IMG/VR virus record: IMGVR_UViG_3300045988_152699
Strand: one strand, 5' to 3'
DNA: 64,000 nucleotides
Source: a virus
Lineage: Duplodnaviria; Heunggongvirae; Uroviricota; Caudoviricetes
A program made the translations under genes and the position numbers. This document shows positions 43,293 through 53,173 of this stretch, piece after piece (the first letter of the stretch is position 1; every line of letters starts with the position of its first letter). Below the pieces are notes generated by a model that searched no databases, had not been told where the DNA came from, and saw only the letters and a list, made by a program, of their open reading frames with translations.

Positions 43293-43429
43293 TTGGATTT
43301 TACCTTCCTCCCCTACTCCCGAAAAAAATAAAAAAATTGCTTGTCACGAGAAAGTCAACAAGTGACTTTCAATAAAATCTCTTCCGAAAAGGGATTCACA
43401 CAAGTGCCTTGTGTTTAAGGAAGAGTAAA

Positions 43430-45136
43430 TTGAGTAACTTACGCGAATACCAGAATCGTATTGCAGATATCGCAAAACGCTCTAAAGCTGTGCTTGGCTG
43501 GGCAAGCACTGCGCAGTTCGGTACTGATAACCAATTCATTAAAGATGATGCCGCGCGTGCCGCATCTATCCTTGAAGCTGCACGTAAAGACCCGGTTTTT
43601 GCGGGTATCTCTGATAATGCCACCGCTCAAATCGCTACAGCGTGGGCAAGTGCACTGGCTGACTACGCCGCAGCACATAAATCTATGCCGCGTCCGGAAA
43701 TTCTGGCCTCCTGCCACCAGACGCTGGAAAACTGCCTGATTGAGTCCACCCGCAATAGCATGGATGCCACTAATAAAGCGATGCTGGAATCCGTCGCAGC
43801 AGAGATGATGAGCGTTTCTGACGGTGTTATGCGTCTGCCTTTATTCCTCGCGATGATCCTGCCTGTTCAGTTGGGGGCAGCTACCGCTGATGCGTGTACC
43901 TTCATTCCGGTTACGCGTGACCAGTCCGACATCTATGAAGTCTTTAACGTGGCAGGTTCCTCTTTTGGTTCTTATGCTGCTGGTGATGTTCTGGACATGC
44001 AATCCGTCGGTGTGTACAGCCAGTTACGCCGCCGCTATGTGCTGGTGGCAAGCTCCGATGGCACCAGCAAAACCGCAACCTTCAAGATGGAAGACTTCGA
44101 AGGCCAGAATGTACCAATCCGAAAAGGTCGCACTAATATCTACGTTAACCGTATTAAGTCTGTTGTTGATAACGGTTCCGGCAGCCTACTTCACTCGTTT
44201 ACTAATGCTGCTGGTGAGCAAATCACTGTTACCTGCTCTCTGAACTACAACATTGGTCAGATTGCCCTGTCGTTCTCCAAAGCGCCGGATAAAGGCACTG
44301 AGATCGCAATTGAGACGGAAATCAATATTGAAGCCGCTCCTGAGCTGATCCCGCTGATCAACCACGAAATGAAGAAATACACCCTGTTCCCAAGCCAGTT
44401 CGTTATCGCGGCTGAGCACACGGTACAGGCGGCGTATGAAGCACAGCGTGAATTTGGTCTGGACCTGGGTTCCCTACAGTTCCGCACCCTGAAGGAATAC
44501 CTGTCTCATGAACAGGATATGCTGCGTCTTCGCATCATGATCTGGCGTACTCTTGCGACCGACACCTTTGACATCGCTCTGCCGGTTAACCAGTCCTTTG
44601 ATGTATGGGCAACCATCATTCGTGGCAAATTCCAGACTGTATATCGCGACATTATTGAGCGCGTTAAATCTTCTGGTGCGATGGGGATGTTTGCTGGTGC
44701 TGATGCAGCATCTTTCTTCAAACAGTTGCCGAAGGATTTCTTCCAGCCAGCCGAAGACTATATCCAGACTCCGTATGTTCACTACATCGGTACCCTGTTC
44801 GGTAACGTGAAAGTGTACGAAGTACCTGCTGGTATTTGTAAGAACTTAACGACAGAGAACATTCAGTTCAGCTCGATGGATGTGCTGTGCTACGTCCGTG
44901 ATGAAAATCCGGGTAAAGCAGGCTTCGTGACTGGTGATGCTGTCCCGGCTATCCCGTTCCAGCATCCGACCACTCCGGCGCTGGTCAACCGTACCACACT
45001 GTGGGGTTCGGCTATCAACGATATGCACCCACGCAACGGCGCTGATTACTTCACTCGTGTAACGCTGACAATGGCCAAAAAAGGCGGGCTTAACTTCATT
45101 AGCGGCGACACGATTGATGCCGGTGACTCTGAGTAA
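43430..45136 (+). CDS. Major head protein precursor-like; TTG start
   Basis: SD AAGGAAGAG 5 nt upstream of TTG at 43430; 568 aa; adjacent to sheath gene. Confidence 0.5.
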   Translation: MSNLREYQNRIADIAKRSKAVLGWASTAQFGTDNQFIKDDAARAASILEAARKDPVFAGISDNATAQIATAWASALADYAAAHKSMPRPEILASCHQTLENCLIESTRNSMDATNKAMLESVAAEMMSVSDGVMRLPLFLAMILPVQLGAATADACTFIPVTRDQSDIYEVFNVAGSSFGSYAAGDVLDMQSVGVYSQLRRRYVLVASSDGTSKTATFKMEDFEGQNVPIRKGRTNIYVNRIKSVVDNGSGSLLHSFTNAAGEQITVTCSLNYNIGQIALSFSKAPDKGTEIAIETEINIEAAPELIPLINHEMKKYTLFPSQFVIAAEHTVQAAYEAQREFGLDLGSLQFRTLKEYLSHEQDMLRLRIMIWRTLATDTFDIALPVNQSFDVWATIIRGKFQTVYRDIIERVKSSGAMGMFAGADAASFFKQLPKDFFQPAEDYIQTPYVHYIGTLFGNVKVYEVPAGICKNLTTENIQFSSMDVLCYVRDENPGKAGFVTGDAVPAIPFQHPTTPALVNRTTLWGSAINDMHPRNGADYFTRVTLTMAKKGGLNFISGDTIDAGDSE

Positions 45137-45196
45137 TCAGGGGAAGTTCTCCGTTTAACATAGCGCCCCCGTGCGGGGCGCATAACAGGGAAAGTT

Positions 45197-46786
45197 ATGT
45201 CTCAATATTCAATTCAACAGTCATTAGGTAATGCATCCGGCGTCGCGGTTAGCCCGATCAATGCCGATGCGACGTTATCTACCGGTGTTGCATTAAATAG
45301 CAGCTTGTGGGCTGGTATTGGCGTATTTGCGCGTGGCAAGCCGTTTACTGTTCTTGCGGTTACTGAGTCCAATTACGAAGATGTTCTCGGCGAACCGCTG
45401 AAGCCGTCTTCCGGCTCACAGTTCGAACCAATTCGCCATGTATACGAAGCTATTCAGCAAACATCTGGTTATGTTGTTCGCGCTGTTCCGGATGATGCGA
45501 AGTTCCCGATTATTATGTTCGATGAATCAGGCGAACCGGCTTACAGTGCGTTGCCATACGGTTCTGAAATTGAACTTGATAGTGGCGAAGCCTTTGCTAT
45601 CTACGTTGATGATGGTGATCCGTGTATTTCACCTACCCGTGAGTTAACCATCGAAACGGCAACAGCGGACAGCGCGGGTAATGAACGCTTCCTCTTAAAA
45701 CTGACCCAGACGACTTCGCTCGGCGTGGTAACGACCCTGGAGACACACACTGTGTCTTTGGCGGAAGAAGCGAAAGATGACATGGGCCGCTTGTGTTATC
45801 TGCCTACGGCTCTGGAAGCCCGTTCTAAATATCTGCGCGCGGTTGTTAATGAAGAGCTGATTTCGACAGCGAAAGTAACAAACAAAAAATCGTTGGCGTT
45901 CACTGGCGGTACCAACGGCGATCAGTCGAAAATCTCAACCGCTGCGTACCTGCGTGCGGTGAAAGTGCTGAACAATGCGCCGTACATGTACACCGCTGTT
46001 CTCGGCCTGGGGTGCTATGACAATGCGGCGATCACTGCGTTAGGTAATATCTGTTCTGATCGCCTGATTGATGGCTTCTTTGATGTCAAACCGACATTGA
46101 CGTACACGGAAGCGATCTCTGCTGTTGAAGATACCGGTTTACTTGGTACCGATTATGTAAGCTGTGCTGTCTATCATTTCCCGTTCTCCTGCAAAGACAA
46201 ATGGACCCAATCCCGCGTGGTCTTCGGTCTGTCTGGCGCGGCGTATGCGGCGAAAGCTCGTGGCGTCAAGAAAAACTCCGATGTCGGCGGTTGGCATTAC
46301 TCACCGGCTGGTGAAGAACGTGCCGTCATAGCTCGTGCATCACTTCAGCCGCTGTATCCTGAAGACACCCCGGACGAAGAAGCTATGGTCAAGGGCCGAC
46401 TCAATAAAGTATCTGTAGGTACTTCGGGCCAGATGATCATCGATGATGCTTTAACTTGCTGCACGCAGGACAACTATCTGCATTTCCAGCACGTCCCATC
46501 CCTGATGAACGCAATCAGCCGTTTCTTTGTCCAGTTAGCCCGACAGATGAAGCATAACCCGGACGGCATTACTGAGTCTGGCCTGACTAAAGGGATGACC
46601 AAACTTTTGGATCGCTTTGTCGCCTCCGGCGCTCTGGTGGCTCCTCGTGATCCTGATGCTGACGGTACAGAACCGTATGTGCTGAAAGTTACGCAGGCGG
46701 AATTCGATAAATGGGAAGTAGTCTGGGCCTGCTGCCCGACTGGCGTAGCCCGTCGTATCCAGGGCGTACCGCTGCTTATTAAGTAA
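45197..46786 (+). CDS. Contractile tail sheath protein-like
   Basis: 529 aa; size, position and sequence impression only. Confidence 0.55.
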   Translation: MSQYSIQQSLGNASGVAVSPINADATLSTGVALNSSLWAGIGVFARGKPFTVLAVTESNYEDVLGEPLKPSSGSQFEPIRHVYEAIQQTSGYVVRAVPDDAKFPIIMFDESGEPAYSALPYGSEIELDSGEAFAIYVDDGDPCISPTRELTIETATADSAGNERFLLKLTQTTSLGVVTTLETHTVSLAEEAKDDMGRLCYLPTALEARSKYLRAVVNEELISTAKVTNKKSLAFTGGTNGDQSKISTAAYLRAVKVLNNAPYMYTAVLGLGCYDNAAITALGNICSDRLIDGFFDVKPTLTYTEAISAVEDTGLLGTDYVSCAVYHFPFSCKDKWTQSRVVFGLSGAAYAAKARGVKKNSDVGGWHYSPAGEERAVIARASLQPLYPEDTPDEEAMVKGRLNKVSVGTSGQMIIDDALTCCTQDNYLHFQHVPSLMNAISRFFVQLARQMKHNPDGITESGLTKGMTKLLDRFVASGALVAPRDPDADGTEPYVLKVTQAEFDKWEVVWACCPTGVARRIQGVPLLIK

Positions 46787-46795
46787 GGAAATACA

Positions 46796-47611
46796 ATGAG
46801 CAAAAACTTTTTTCAATCCGGGGCATTTTTGGGGAATGGACTGTCTCGTTTCGCTTTGAACTCTGATCCTGTGCAGTTGATGGAGTCTGCCCGAGCAAGC
46901 GCCGAACCGACAACAGATCCGGTTATTAATAATAATCCGAAACCGGCGGCACAGACTAACGATAACGTTCCATCTGCCACGGCTCCTGAGCAAATCCTGG
47001 AAGGGAAAGACGGTAAAGAATGGACCGTCGAACAGGCGCACCAGATGATTCTGGAAGCTGCAAATCGAAGTGCTATGCAGAATGCGTTGAGTGATGCGGC
47101 CGACGCCGTTTTCGCCTGGGCTGATAGCGGTGATCTGACTTTCGACTCCCTTGATGGTTTCGTTCAGGCTATCGCTGGTATCTCTGATGACGACGACTCC
47201 GAAGTTACAGAAGAACAGGACGATGCCTATAACGAAGCATGGGCAAATGTTGCTGACTTCCTCGCAGCATGCGGTGTAGATGATGACCTGATCGAAGCAC
47301 TTGCTGATGATGAAGACGACGACGCAGCTGCTGATGTTGGTGCCTCTATCGCTGGTTTAGATAGCGACGACCGTGACGAACTGGAAGCAGCGTTTGTTGT
47401 TGCTGGCACTTCTGATGAAATGCTGACTGAAGCATTTAAGAAGGTTGTTCGTAACGGTGAGATCAAACTCATCCGTAAACGCCTGCGTAAAAAACGTCTG
47501 ACTGCGGCTCAAAAATCGGCGCTGAAAAAAGCGCGTCGAAAAGCCCAGACCGGCGCGGCAAAACTTGCCCGCAAAAAGTCAATGAAACTGCGCCGTAAGC
47601 GCCTTGGCTAA
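46796..47611 (+). CDS. Hypothetical protein with acidic body and strongly basic C-terminal tail
   Basis: C-term KRLRKKRLTAAQKSALKKARRKAQTGAAKLARKKSMKLRRKRLG. Confidence 0.5.
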   Translation: MSKNFFQSGAFLGNGLSRFALNSDPVQLMESARASAEPTTDPVINNNPKPAAQTNDNVPSATAPEQILEGKDGKEWTVEQAHQMILEAANRSAMQNALSDAADAVFAWADSGDLTFDSLDGFVQAIAGISDDDDSEVTEEQDDAYNEAWANVADFLAACGVDDDLIEALADDEDDDAAADVGASIAGLDSDDRDELEAAFVVAGTSDEMLTEAFKKVVRNGEIKLIRKRLRKKRLTAAQKSALKKARRKAQTGAAKLARKKSMKLRRKRLG

Positions 47612-47646
47612 AGGAGGAGGCCGGAGAACTCCGGCCTTTAACTTGA

Positions 47647-48228
47647 ATGGCACCTATACCTTATGGGGTTTACAGCCAGGCTGACGGTGTATCGCCATTT
47701 CTGAAAGTTACTTTAACGAACTCTCAGTACCAGGTTACCGGATATATCAGCCAGGGGGCGGCAATGAACATGGCCCAGAATTGGGAAGCGCCGTTTACCG
47801 GTATGTCCATGGGATCTGTTGCTGGTGCTTTCAGTGGTTTTGCGCAGGTTGGTACTGAAACAACGTCGGTGGCCCGTTGGAACAGCTTAATGGTTTGGGA
47901 GGGGGGAACACCGCCGACTTTCACGCTGCCAGTAACTTTCATCGCTTTGTTTGACCCATTCACGGAGGTTTCAGGAGCTATCGCCGCATTGTCAGCGATG
48001 ATTAGCCCGGAACTTAAAGATGCCAGTATTGGTGGTCGAATCCCGGAGCGTGTGACGCTAAACATTGGTCGCCGGATCAACATCATTGATGTCGCTATCC
48101 AGGACATAAGTTTCGATCTCGATGCGCCCAGGGACAGCAATGGGCATTTCCTGAAAAACACCGTCAACCTCCAGTTGACCGGTTCTTCGATATATAACAG
48201 CTCCGATATTGTTCGGGCGTTCCAGTAA
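47647..48228 (+). CDS. Putative tail tube protein
   Basis: 193 aa following the sheath gene. Confidence 0.4.
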   Translation: MAPIPYGVYSQADGVSPFLKVTLTNSQYQVTGYISQGAAMNMAQNWEAPFTGMSMGSVAGAFSGFAQVGTETTSVARWNSLMVWEGGTPPTFTLPVTFIALFDPFTEVSGAIAALSAMISPELKDASIGGRIPERVTLNIGRRINIIDVAIQDISFDLDAPRDSNGHFLKNTVNLQLTGSSIYNSSDIVRAFQ

Positions 48229-48239
48229 AAGGATTTTAT

Positions 48240-48749
48240 ATGGGGCACAATAACACTAAGGGAAACCGTAAATTTATTAAGGGCCGCTATACTGCCAACG
48301 CGGCCAAAGGCGAACGACTGGTATCTTCTGAATTCCAGCTCACTTTTGCAGGCCATGAAGATATCAGCGTACTGGTTCGCACGTCGCAAATTCCTGAAAT
48401 GACCCGCGAGGATGTGGAGGACTATGGTCCGAATGGTGTGAAGTTCAACCAGCACGGACCAATTCGAAACTCTGGGGAAATCCAGGTCCAGTGCGTGGAG
48501 ACTATCGAAGGCGATATTCTTCAGTTCATCAAGGATCGCATTGCGGCGAAGGACTATGTTGATATCACGATGGCTGCGACCCCTGAATCCAAATCTTCCG
48601 GGGTTAACGCTGTGACAAAAGCTGCTACAACAATTGAAATGTTGGACTGCAAAATCTACAGTGATGCAATCGACTTTAGTACCGAAGATGTGACTGCCGC
48701 TGTGCGCCCGTCACTTCGTATCGTCTACAACTGGATTGAGTGGGATTAA
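48240..48749 (+). CDS. Hypothetical virion or baseplate protein
   Basis: 169-aa ORF, last gene before terminator. Confidence 0.45.
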   Translation: MGHNNTKGNRKFIKGRYTANAAKGERLVSSEFQLTFAGHEDISVLVRTSQIPEMTREDVEDYGPNGVKFNQHGPIRNSGEIQVQCVETIEGDILQFIKDRIAAKDYVDITMAATPESKSSGVNAVTKAATTIEMLDCKIYSDAIDFSTEDVTAAVRPSLRIVYNWIEWD

Positions 48750-48768
48750 GAGTCATCCCTTGTATTTT

Positions 48769-48793
48769 AAAGCTCCTTCGGGAGCTTTTTTAT
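48769..48793 (+). terminator. Rho-independent terminator
   Basis: AAAGCTCC-TTCG-GGAGCTTT followed by TTTTTTATTT. Confidence 0.8.
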
Positions 48794-48865
48794 TTGGAGA
48801 GGAAAGGGTGCATTGAGGATACCTGACACACGAAGAGTGGCGGAGATCTCTCCCCGCCAGGTCTC

Positions 48866-49021
48866 TTACCTTTCAGATTCGTAGGCTGTGAAGACAGTGA
48901 CCTCCGTCTGGCCGGTTCGGATTCGTACCTCGCAGAGGTCTTTCCTCGTTACCAGTGCCGTCACAATGACGGTTAAACAGATGACGATCAGAGCGATTAA
49001 CATCGCTTTTTGCTGCTTCAT
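48866..49021 (-). CDS. Hok/Gef-family type I toxin (51 aa)
   Basis: MKQQKAMLIALIVICLTVIVTALVTRKDLCEVRIRTGQTEVTVFTAYESER; SD AAGGAG; overlapped by a mok-like ORF (48873..49079). Confidence 0.75.
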   Translation of the reverse strand: MKQQKAMLIALIVICLTVIVTALVTRKDLCEVRIRTGQTEVTVFTAYESER

Positions 49022-49202
49022 AGCCTACTTCTCCTTGACCTTTTGGTCGGTAAGAGGCTAATCTACGTATGCTAAGCATAGATATGGCCTCAGATTAATG
49101 TTAAGCGTCTTGCAGGACGCGTGATGTTATCTGGGGCTTTCTTCTATCTGCTTTTCGGGTAATGCCTGAAGCAGATAGCCTCAAGCACCCGCAACGATTG
49201 TA

Positions 49203-49448
49203 TCAATGTCTGGCTTTTTTTCTATAGAAATCACCAGGAAGGGTGAATATCCACATCAGAAGAAATGTTGCAGCAAACATGATCCCTAATGGCCAGACCG
49301 CGCCAAAGAAAATCCATACTAAGATCTCCTCTGCTTGTTCTTTGCGGTCGATATCGACAAGCATTTTTCGGCTGATCATGTATACACAGAAGCCAATACA
49401 AACATATCCTGCAAAAGCGATCGCTAACTGTAAAAAATCAGATTGCAT
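49203..49448 (-). CDS. Hypothetical two-helix membrane protein
   Basis: 81 aa from MQSDFLQLAIAFAGYVCIGFCVYMI; SD GAGGT. Confidence 0.45.
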   Translation of the reverse strand: MQSDFLQLAIAFAGYVCIGFCVYMISRKMLVDIDRKEQAEEILVWIFFGAVWPLGIMFAATFLLMWIFTLPGDFYRKKARH

Positions 49449-49498
49449 CTCCGACCTCAAACTGAAAACGCCAGGTGACTCCAGATTAGAGCAATCTA

Positions 49499-50344
49499 TC
49501 ACCCTCTGAATCCTGCCGGTATACCCCATTGTTCGTTATCTTTATTTTTGGCTAAAACCGCATTAAGAGCTTCGTTTACCGTCATGCAATGCGGCAGATT
49601 ATCGAAGTTTGATACCCCGCCAATATCAGGAGAACGCTTGTTCTTCAGGTAAGCATATTTCCGCGCTGCCGCCTCTACTTTCTGCTTGAACTCATGTTTT
49701 TGAGCGCGTTTTTTGGATAACCGCAGATTGTCAGCCTTTGCTTTTGCCTCAGCGATCCATGAAGTCAATTTTTTGAGTCTGCTCGTTCCGGCACCGCCGG
49801 AAACTGATCTTTTTGTTTTTTTAACTTGTGACTTCTTATTCTTTATTGCCACGTCATCCTGACAGGGGGAGGGGGTATCATTTTGACATGGGGGTGTGGA
49901 TAAAAAATTAAATAAAGCCAATGTCTTAGCGAGAACAGCTTTAACCTTGGTTGCCGCTGAAGAGATCTTTAATTTGCTTTCAATCAGCGCATTTTTGGCT
50001 TGTTGTGCGAAGGCCAAAAAGGATGGTGTAAACCGGTACAGGTTAGCGCGACGTTCACGGTGATCGCCGATAACAATCTCTACAGATAGAATTCCTTTGT
50101 TTACAGCTTCACGGAATGCACGAACGACGGTTGATTGGCTATAACCAGTTTCTGCCGCGATCAGGCGGTGAGGCTTGTGAATGAAGTATTCACTGGTTGT
50201 TGCCGCGAGATTTGCACATTGCGACAGGATATGCCCGGCGCTACGGGATAGACCGGAGTGTGTTACAAAGCAGGCCAATTCATAGCCAGAAAAAGTAAAA
50301 TCGCTCATCGTTATACAGCTCAGGAAAGTGACTTTAGCCAGCAT
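49499..50344 (-). CDS. repL: RepL, lytic replication initiator; start uncertain
   Basis: 281-codon ORF immediately downstream of kilA. Confidence 0.65.
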   Translation of the reverse strand: MLAKVTFLSCITMSDFTFSGYELACFVTHSGLSRSAGHILSQCANLAATTSEYFIHKPHRLIAAETGYSQSTVVRAFREAVNKGILSVEIVIGDHRERRANLYRFTPSFLAFAQQAKNALIESKLKISSAATKVKAVLAKTLALFNFLSTPPCQNDTPSPCQDDVAIKNKKSQVKKTKRSVSGGAGTSRLKKLTSWIAEAKAKADNLRLSKKRAQKHEFKQKVEAAARKYAYLKNKRSPDIGGVSNFDNLPHCMTVNEALNAVLAKNKDNEQWGIPAGFRG

Positions 50345-50373
50345 TACAATGCTGGTGGTTCTTACTACGTCTG

Positions 50374-51174
50374 TTAGCGCGTTGCCGCGACAGGTACCAG
50401 CACACCAGCATCAAGCAATCGCTTCATCAGCCACTGCTGACCTTTGCCGGTTATACGAGTCGTGAAAGAAATCCTGCTTCCATTGCTTGTATCGATCACG
50501 GTTTCTTTAAGGGTGAAATACCCACGGGATATGTATTCTTGTTTGGGGACGTTTCTGCGTTCACCGGTTGCGATCAGAATTCCGTTATCACGCAACCAGG
50601 TGAAGAGATAGTTTTGGCCCAGGCCGAGCACTTTGGCATAGTTGCCGATTAGAACCCCGCTGGCGGTAGCAACGCGTTCGGCGAATTCGACTTTAGGTGC
50701 ATCCATCAGCATTTTTTGCTCCAGCCGTTGCTTTTGCTCTGCCAGGTCAGCAGCCAAACGGAGAGCTTCTGGGAGGCTCTTCGGAATAGCAGGTTGTAAT
50801 CTTCCAGCTCGATAGTCGATAAATGTCTGGTTTACCTTCAGCCGAAACGCGGGAGAAATCCAACCAGCGTACTCCACTGCGAGCAATTCATGGGCAAAAG
50901 TGCCGCCGCCACGGCCTTCGAACGAAACTATGCAATTCTGCATAGTTTCTTTTTCAAGCTCTTCGATGAGCTGTTTGGCTGACAGCGTTCTTAGCCATTG
51001 AGCTGGCGCTTTATGGGCACCGAGTCCGCTCGCTCTGTGTAGAGCATTAAGGTTGTAACGGCCAGCGCGGTCGGTCGTAATTTCAACACCACAAATAACG
51101 GGCAGAGTGGTTGAAGGATCGACATTTTGATGAAGGTTTGATATATTCATATCCGCATTGAATGTTTGTTGCAT
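50374..51174 (-). CDS. kilA: KilA (KilA-N plus KilA-C domains)
   Basis: 266 aa; C-terminal LPEALRLAADLAEQK block shared with Ant; C1 operator upstream. Confidence 0.75.
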   Translation of the reverse strand: MQQTFNADMNISNLHQNVDPSTTLPVICGVEITTDRAGRYNLNALHRASGLGAHKAPAQWLRTLSAKQLIEELEKETMQNCIVSFEGRGGGTFAHELLAVEYAGWISPAFRLKVNQTFIDYRAGRLQPAIPKSLPEALRLAADLAEQKQRLEQKMLMDAPKVEFAERVATASGVLIGNYAKVLGLGQNYLFTWLRDNGILIATGERRNVPKQEYISRGYFTLKETVIDTSNGSRISFTTRITGKGQQWLMKRLLDAGVLVPVAATR

Positions 51175-51242
51175 TTTTTCTCCAAATTTGCATCAACCTT
51201 CAATCACCAGCTCGAAATGGTGATTCTTTGCACTTAGAAAAC

Positions 51243-51259
51243 GAAATTTATTAGAGCAA
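51243..51259 (-). promoter_or_regulatory. C1 operator upstream of kilA-repL
   Basis: AAATTTATTAGAGCAAa, 16/17. Confidence 0.8.
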
Positions 51260-51338
51260 ATTTTTCTGGCTCGATCCAGATCGGGTTGGACGATCTGCTC
51301 AGAAACCTGCCAGTTTGCTGGCAGGTTTTTTTCTTTTG

Positions 51339-52376
51339 TTAACCTATTGCTACTGGTTTTAACAAACCAGCATCAAGTAGCTTGCGAGTTAACCACTGCT
51401 GGCCTTTACCCGTTAATTGGGGCGTCAGCCGTATCTGGTAGCCATTTTCATCATCCAGCACCACTTCTTTCACCGTGAAATACCCGGCGTTGATGTACTG
51501 TTGGCGCGGTACGTTTTTGCGCGCACCAAAAGCCATGAGAATGCCGTTCTGGCGCAACCATGAGAAAAGGGCGTTTTGCTTAAGTCCAACGACCTTTGCA
51601 AAGTTCCCGATCAGGATTCCATTGGCCACTGATACCCGGTCGGCAAAATCGACTTTAGGGGCTGCGGCCACCAGCTGTTGTTCCAGCTGCATTTTCTGTT
51701 CTGCCAACTCGGCAGCCAGGCGTAGAGCTTCTGGTAATGTTTGGGGGATCGATGGGGCAGGGGAGTTTGCCTGCTGCAATTCTTCCAGTTTGTCGATCAG
51801 CGAACGGCGGACAGCTTTTGATTCGCGCGCGGCGACTCGCATGGCTTGTTTGAAAGTCATGGTTATGACAAGCATTGATGTTTTGTTCATTTTTTCCACT
51901 ACACTTTTTGTGTAGTGCTCACCATCAAGCTCATCGAGTATTTTTTCTATGAATTTGTTGTTCCGAACCTCTGGTTCCCCACATAACTTACGCGCTTCAT
52001 TGACCATCTTTAACAGTGTCAGGCTGTCGATTGTGTCTCCGGTGTTGGGGATGATATTCACGGCTGGTGCTGGCGTAGCTGACGTAACAGGTGCTGTTTT
52101 TTCAACATTCAAATTATTACCGGTCATTCTATGTGCCTCCTTTCTCATTTCTGCTGCCACTGTTGCGTAACGTAGACGTCCTTGTTCAATCAAATAATCC
52201 CTGATCTCGGCTATCAGTAGCTTGTTGATCACAGCCTTATCTGTTCGGGTATAAAAACGTCTGGTTATCATGAAGTAGTTGGCAATTGCGCCGGGGATCT
52301 CCCGTGTCGGCATACAGATTGTATGCAAGGCGATCGCTTCGGCTATTTCATTACGGGTGACGAGAGGTGTTTTCAT
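51339..52376 (-). CDS. ant: Ant antirepressor (Ant1)
   Basis: 345 aa; C-terminal KilA-C-like block LPEALRLAAELAEQK; icd overlaps its start. Confidence 0.7.
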   Translation of the reverse strand: MKTPLVTRNEIAEAIALHTICMPTREIPGAIANYFMITRRFYTRTDKAVINKLLIAEIRDYLIEQGRLRYATVAAEMRKEAHRMTGNNLNVEKTAPVTSATPAPAVNIIPNTGDTIDSLTLLKMVNEARKLCGEPEVRNNKFIEKILDELDGEHYTKSVVEKMNKTSMLVITMTFKQAMRVAARESKAVRRSLIDKLEELQQANSPAPSIPQTLPEALRLAAELAEQKMQLEQQLVAAAPKVDFADRVSVANGILIGNFAKVVGLKQNALFSWLRQNGILMAFGARKNVPRQQYINAGYFTVKEVVLDDENGYQIRLTPQLTGKGQQWLTRKLLDAGLLKPVAIG

Positions 52377-52594
52377 AAACCCCCCTGAACGTCGGCAGAG
52401 AAGGGGAGGCTCCAGTAACTAAGTGAATTGCGCGAGTTAGTTGAAAAACGGGCAGTAAAAATGCAGGGGCCATCAGGCAATTGAGAGCGTGCTTCGTCTT
52501 CAGTTGCTGCGATAACGAAGTGATAGTGGTGTTTTTTACAGGAATAGAAACGCCAGATGAATTCTGGGCGTGTGCAAGGATTGGCATTAACCAT
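52373..52594 (-). CDS. icd: Icd, cell division inhibitor
   Basis: 73-aa ORF overlapping ant start by 4 nt. Confidence 0.6.
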   Translation of the reverse strand: MVNANPCTRPEFIWRFYSCKKHHYHFVIAATEDEARSQLPDGPCIFTARFSTNSRNSLSYWSLPFSADVQGGL

Positions 52595-52679
52595 AGTTAC
52601 GGCCTCACTAACAGGTTTAACAACCTGCTACCCGCTGTCAAACAGGTGGCAGGACGTGACAGGGTTGACAGACTGGCGT

Positions 52680-52790
52680 TAGTGAAACCAGCAGGCCGAA
52701 GCCTCCCCATCACGCCCCACCATAATTCGGGCGTAACGCGGTTTACGGACACAAAAATACCGCAATATCGGAAATCTGCGGTTGTCCGCA
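52680..52790 (-). ncRNA. Candidate c4-type antisense RNA region (boundaries approximate)
   Basis: UUCG-loop hairpin GGAGGCTTCGGCCTGC and repeated TTTGACAGC with complementary GTCTGTCAACCC between operator and icd. Confidence 0.3.
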
Positions 52791-52907
52791 CTAACATTCA
52801 GGCTGTCAAACCCGGTCGCAGAATTTGCTACGACGGTGGAACTATAAGCCTGAACGATTAAAAGGTCAATATGATGCGAAAAGATAGCATTCGCGACTTA
52901 AAAATAC

Positions 52908-52924
52908 AAATTTATTAGAGCATT
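52908..52924 (-). promoter_or_regulatory. C1 operator of immI
   Basis: AAATTTATTAGAGCAtT, 16/17, followed by a weaker second copy. Confidence 0.8.
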
Positions 52925-53020
52925 ATTTGTTTAATAAATACACAGTTGGATCTAATAACCTCTTTTTTTTAAAGGCGAAAATATGTACCCTAAATGAGTT
53001 ATAAGGCAGGTGAGGTTATA

Positions 53021-53152
53021 ATGAGAAAACTATTACTACCGTTATTATTTATGGCTGGGACTGTTAATGCAGCATCAAGCGTAAAGGAGATTTGTACCGA
53101 TTATACGAAATACCTTGGGCACGTTTACGCCTTTGCGATCAATGACTATTAA
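53021..53152 (+). CDS. 43-aa secreted peptide
   Basis: SD GTGAGGT; signal peptide MRKLLLPLLFMAGTVNA; AT-rich. Confidence 0.4.
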   Translation: MRKLLLPLLFMAGTVNAASSVKEICTDYTKYLGHVYAFAINDY

Positions 53153-53173
53153 TCCATGCGTAGGAGTGGATTT

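Noticed and set aside
45163-45181. GC-rich stem-loop GCGCCCC-CGTGC-GGGGCGC between head and sheath genes
   Set aside because: No following T-run, so not a terminator; it may affect mRNA stability but there is no evidence beyond the hairpin.
49479-49495. C1 operator half-site near the repL 3' end
   Set aside because: Only the ATTAGAGCAAT half matches (about 12/17); too weak to call.
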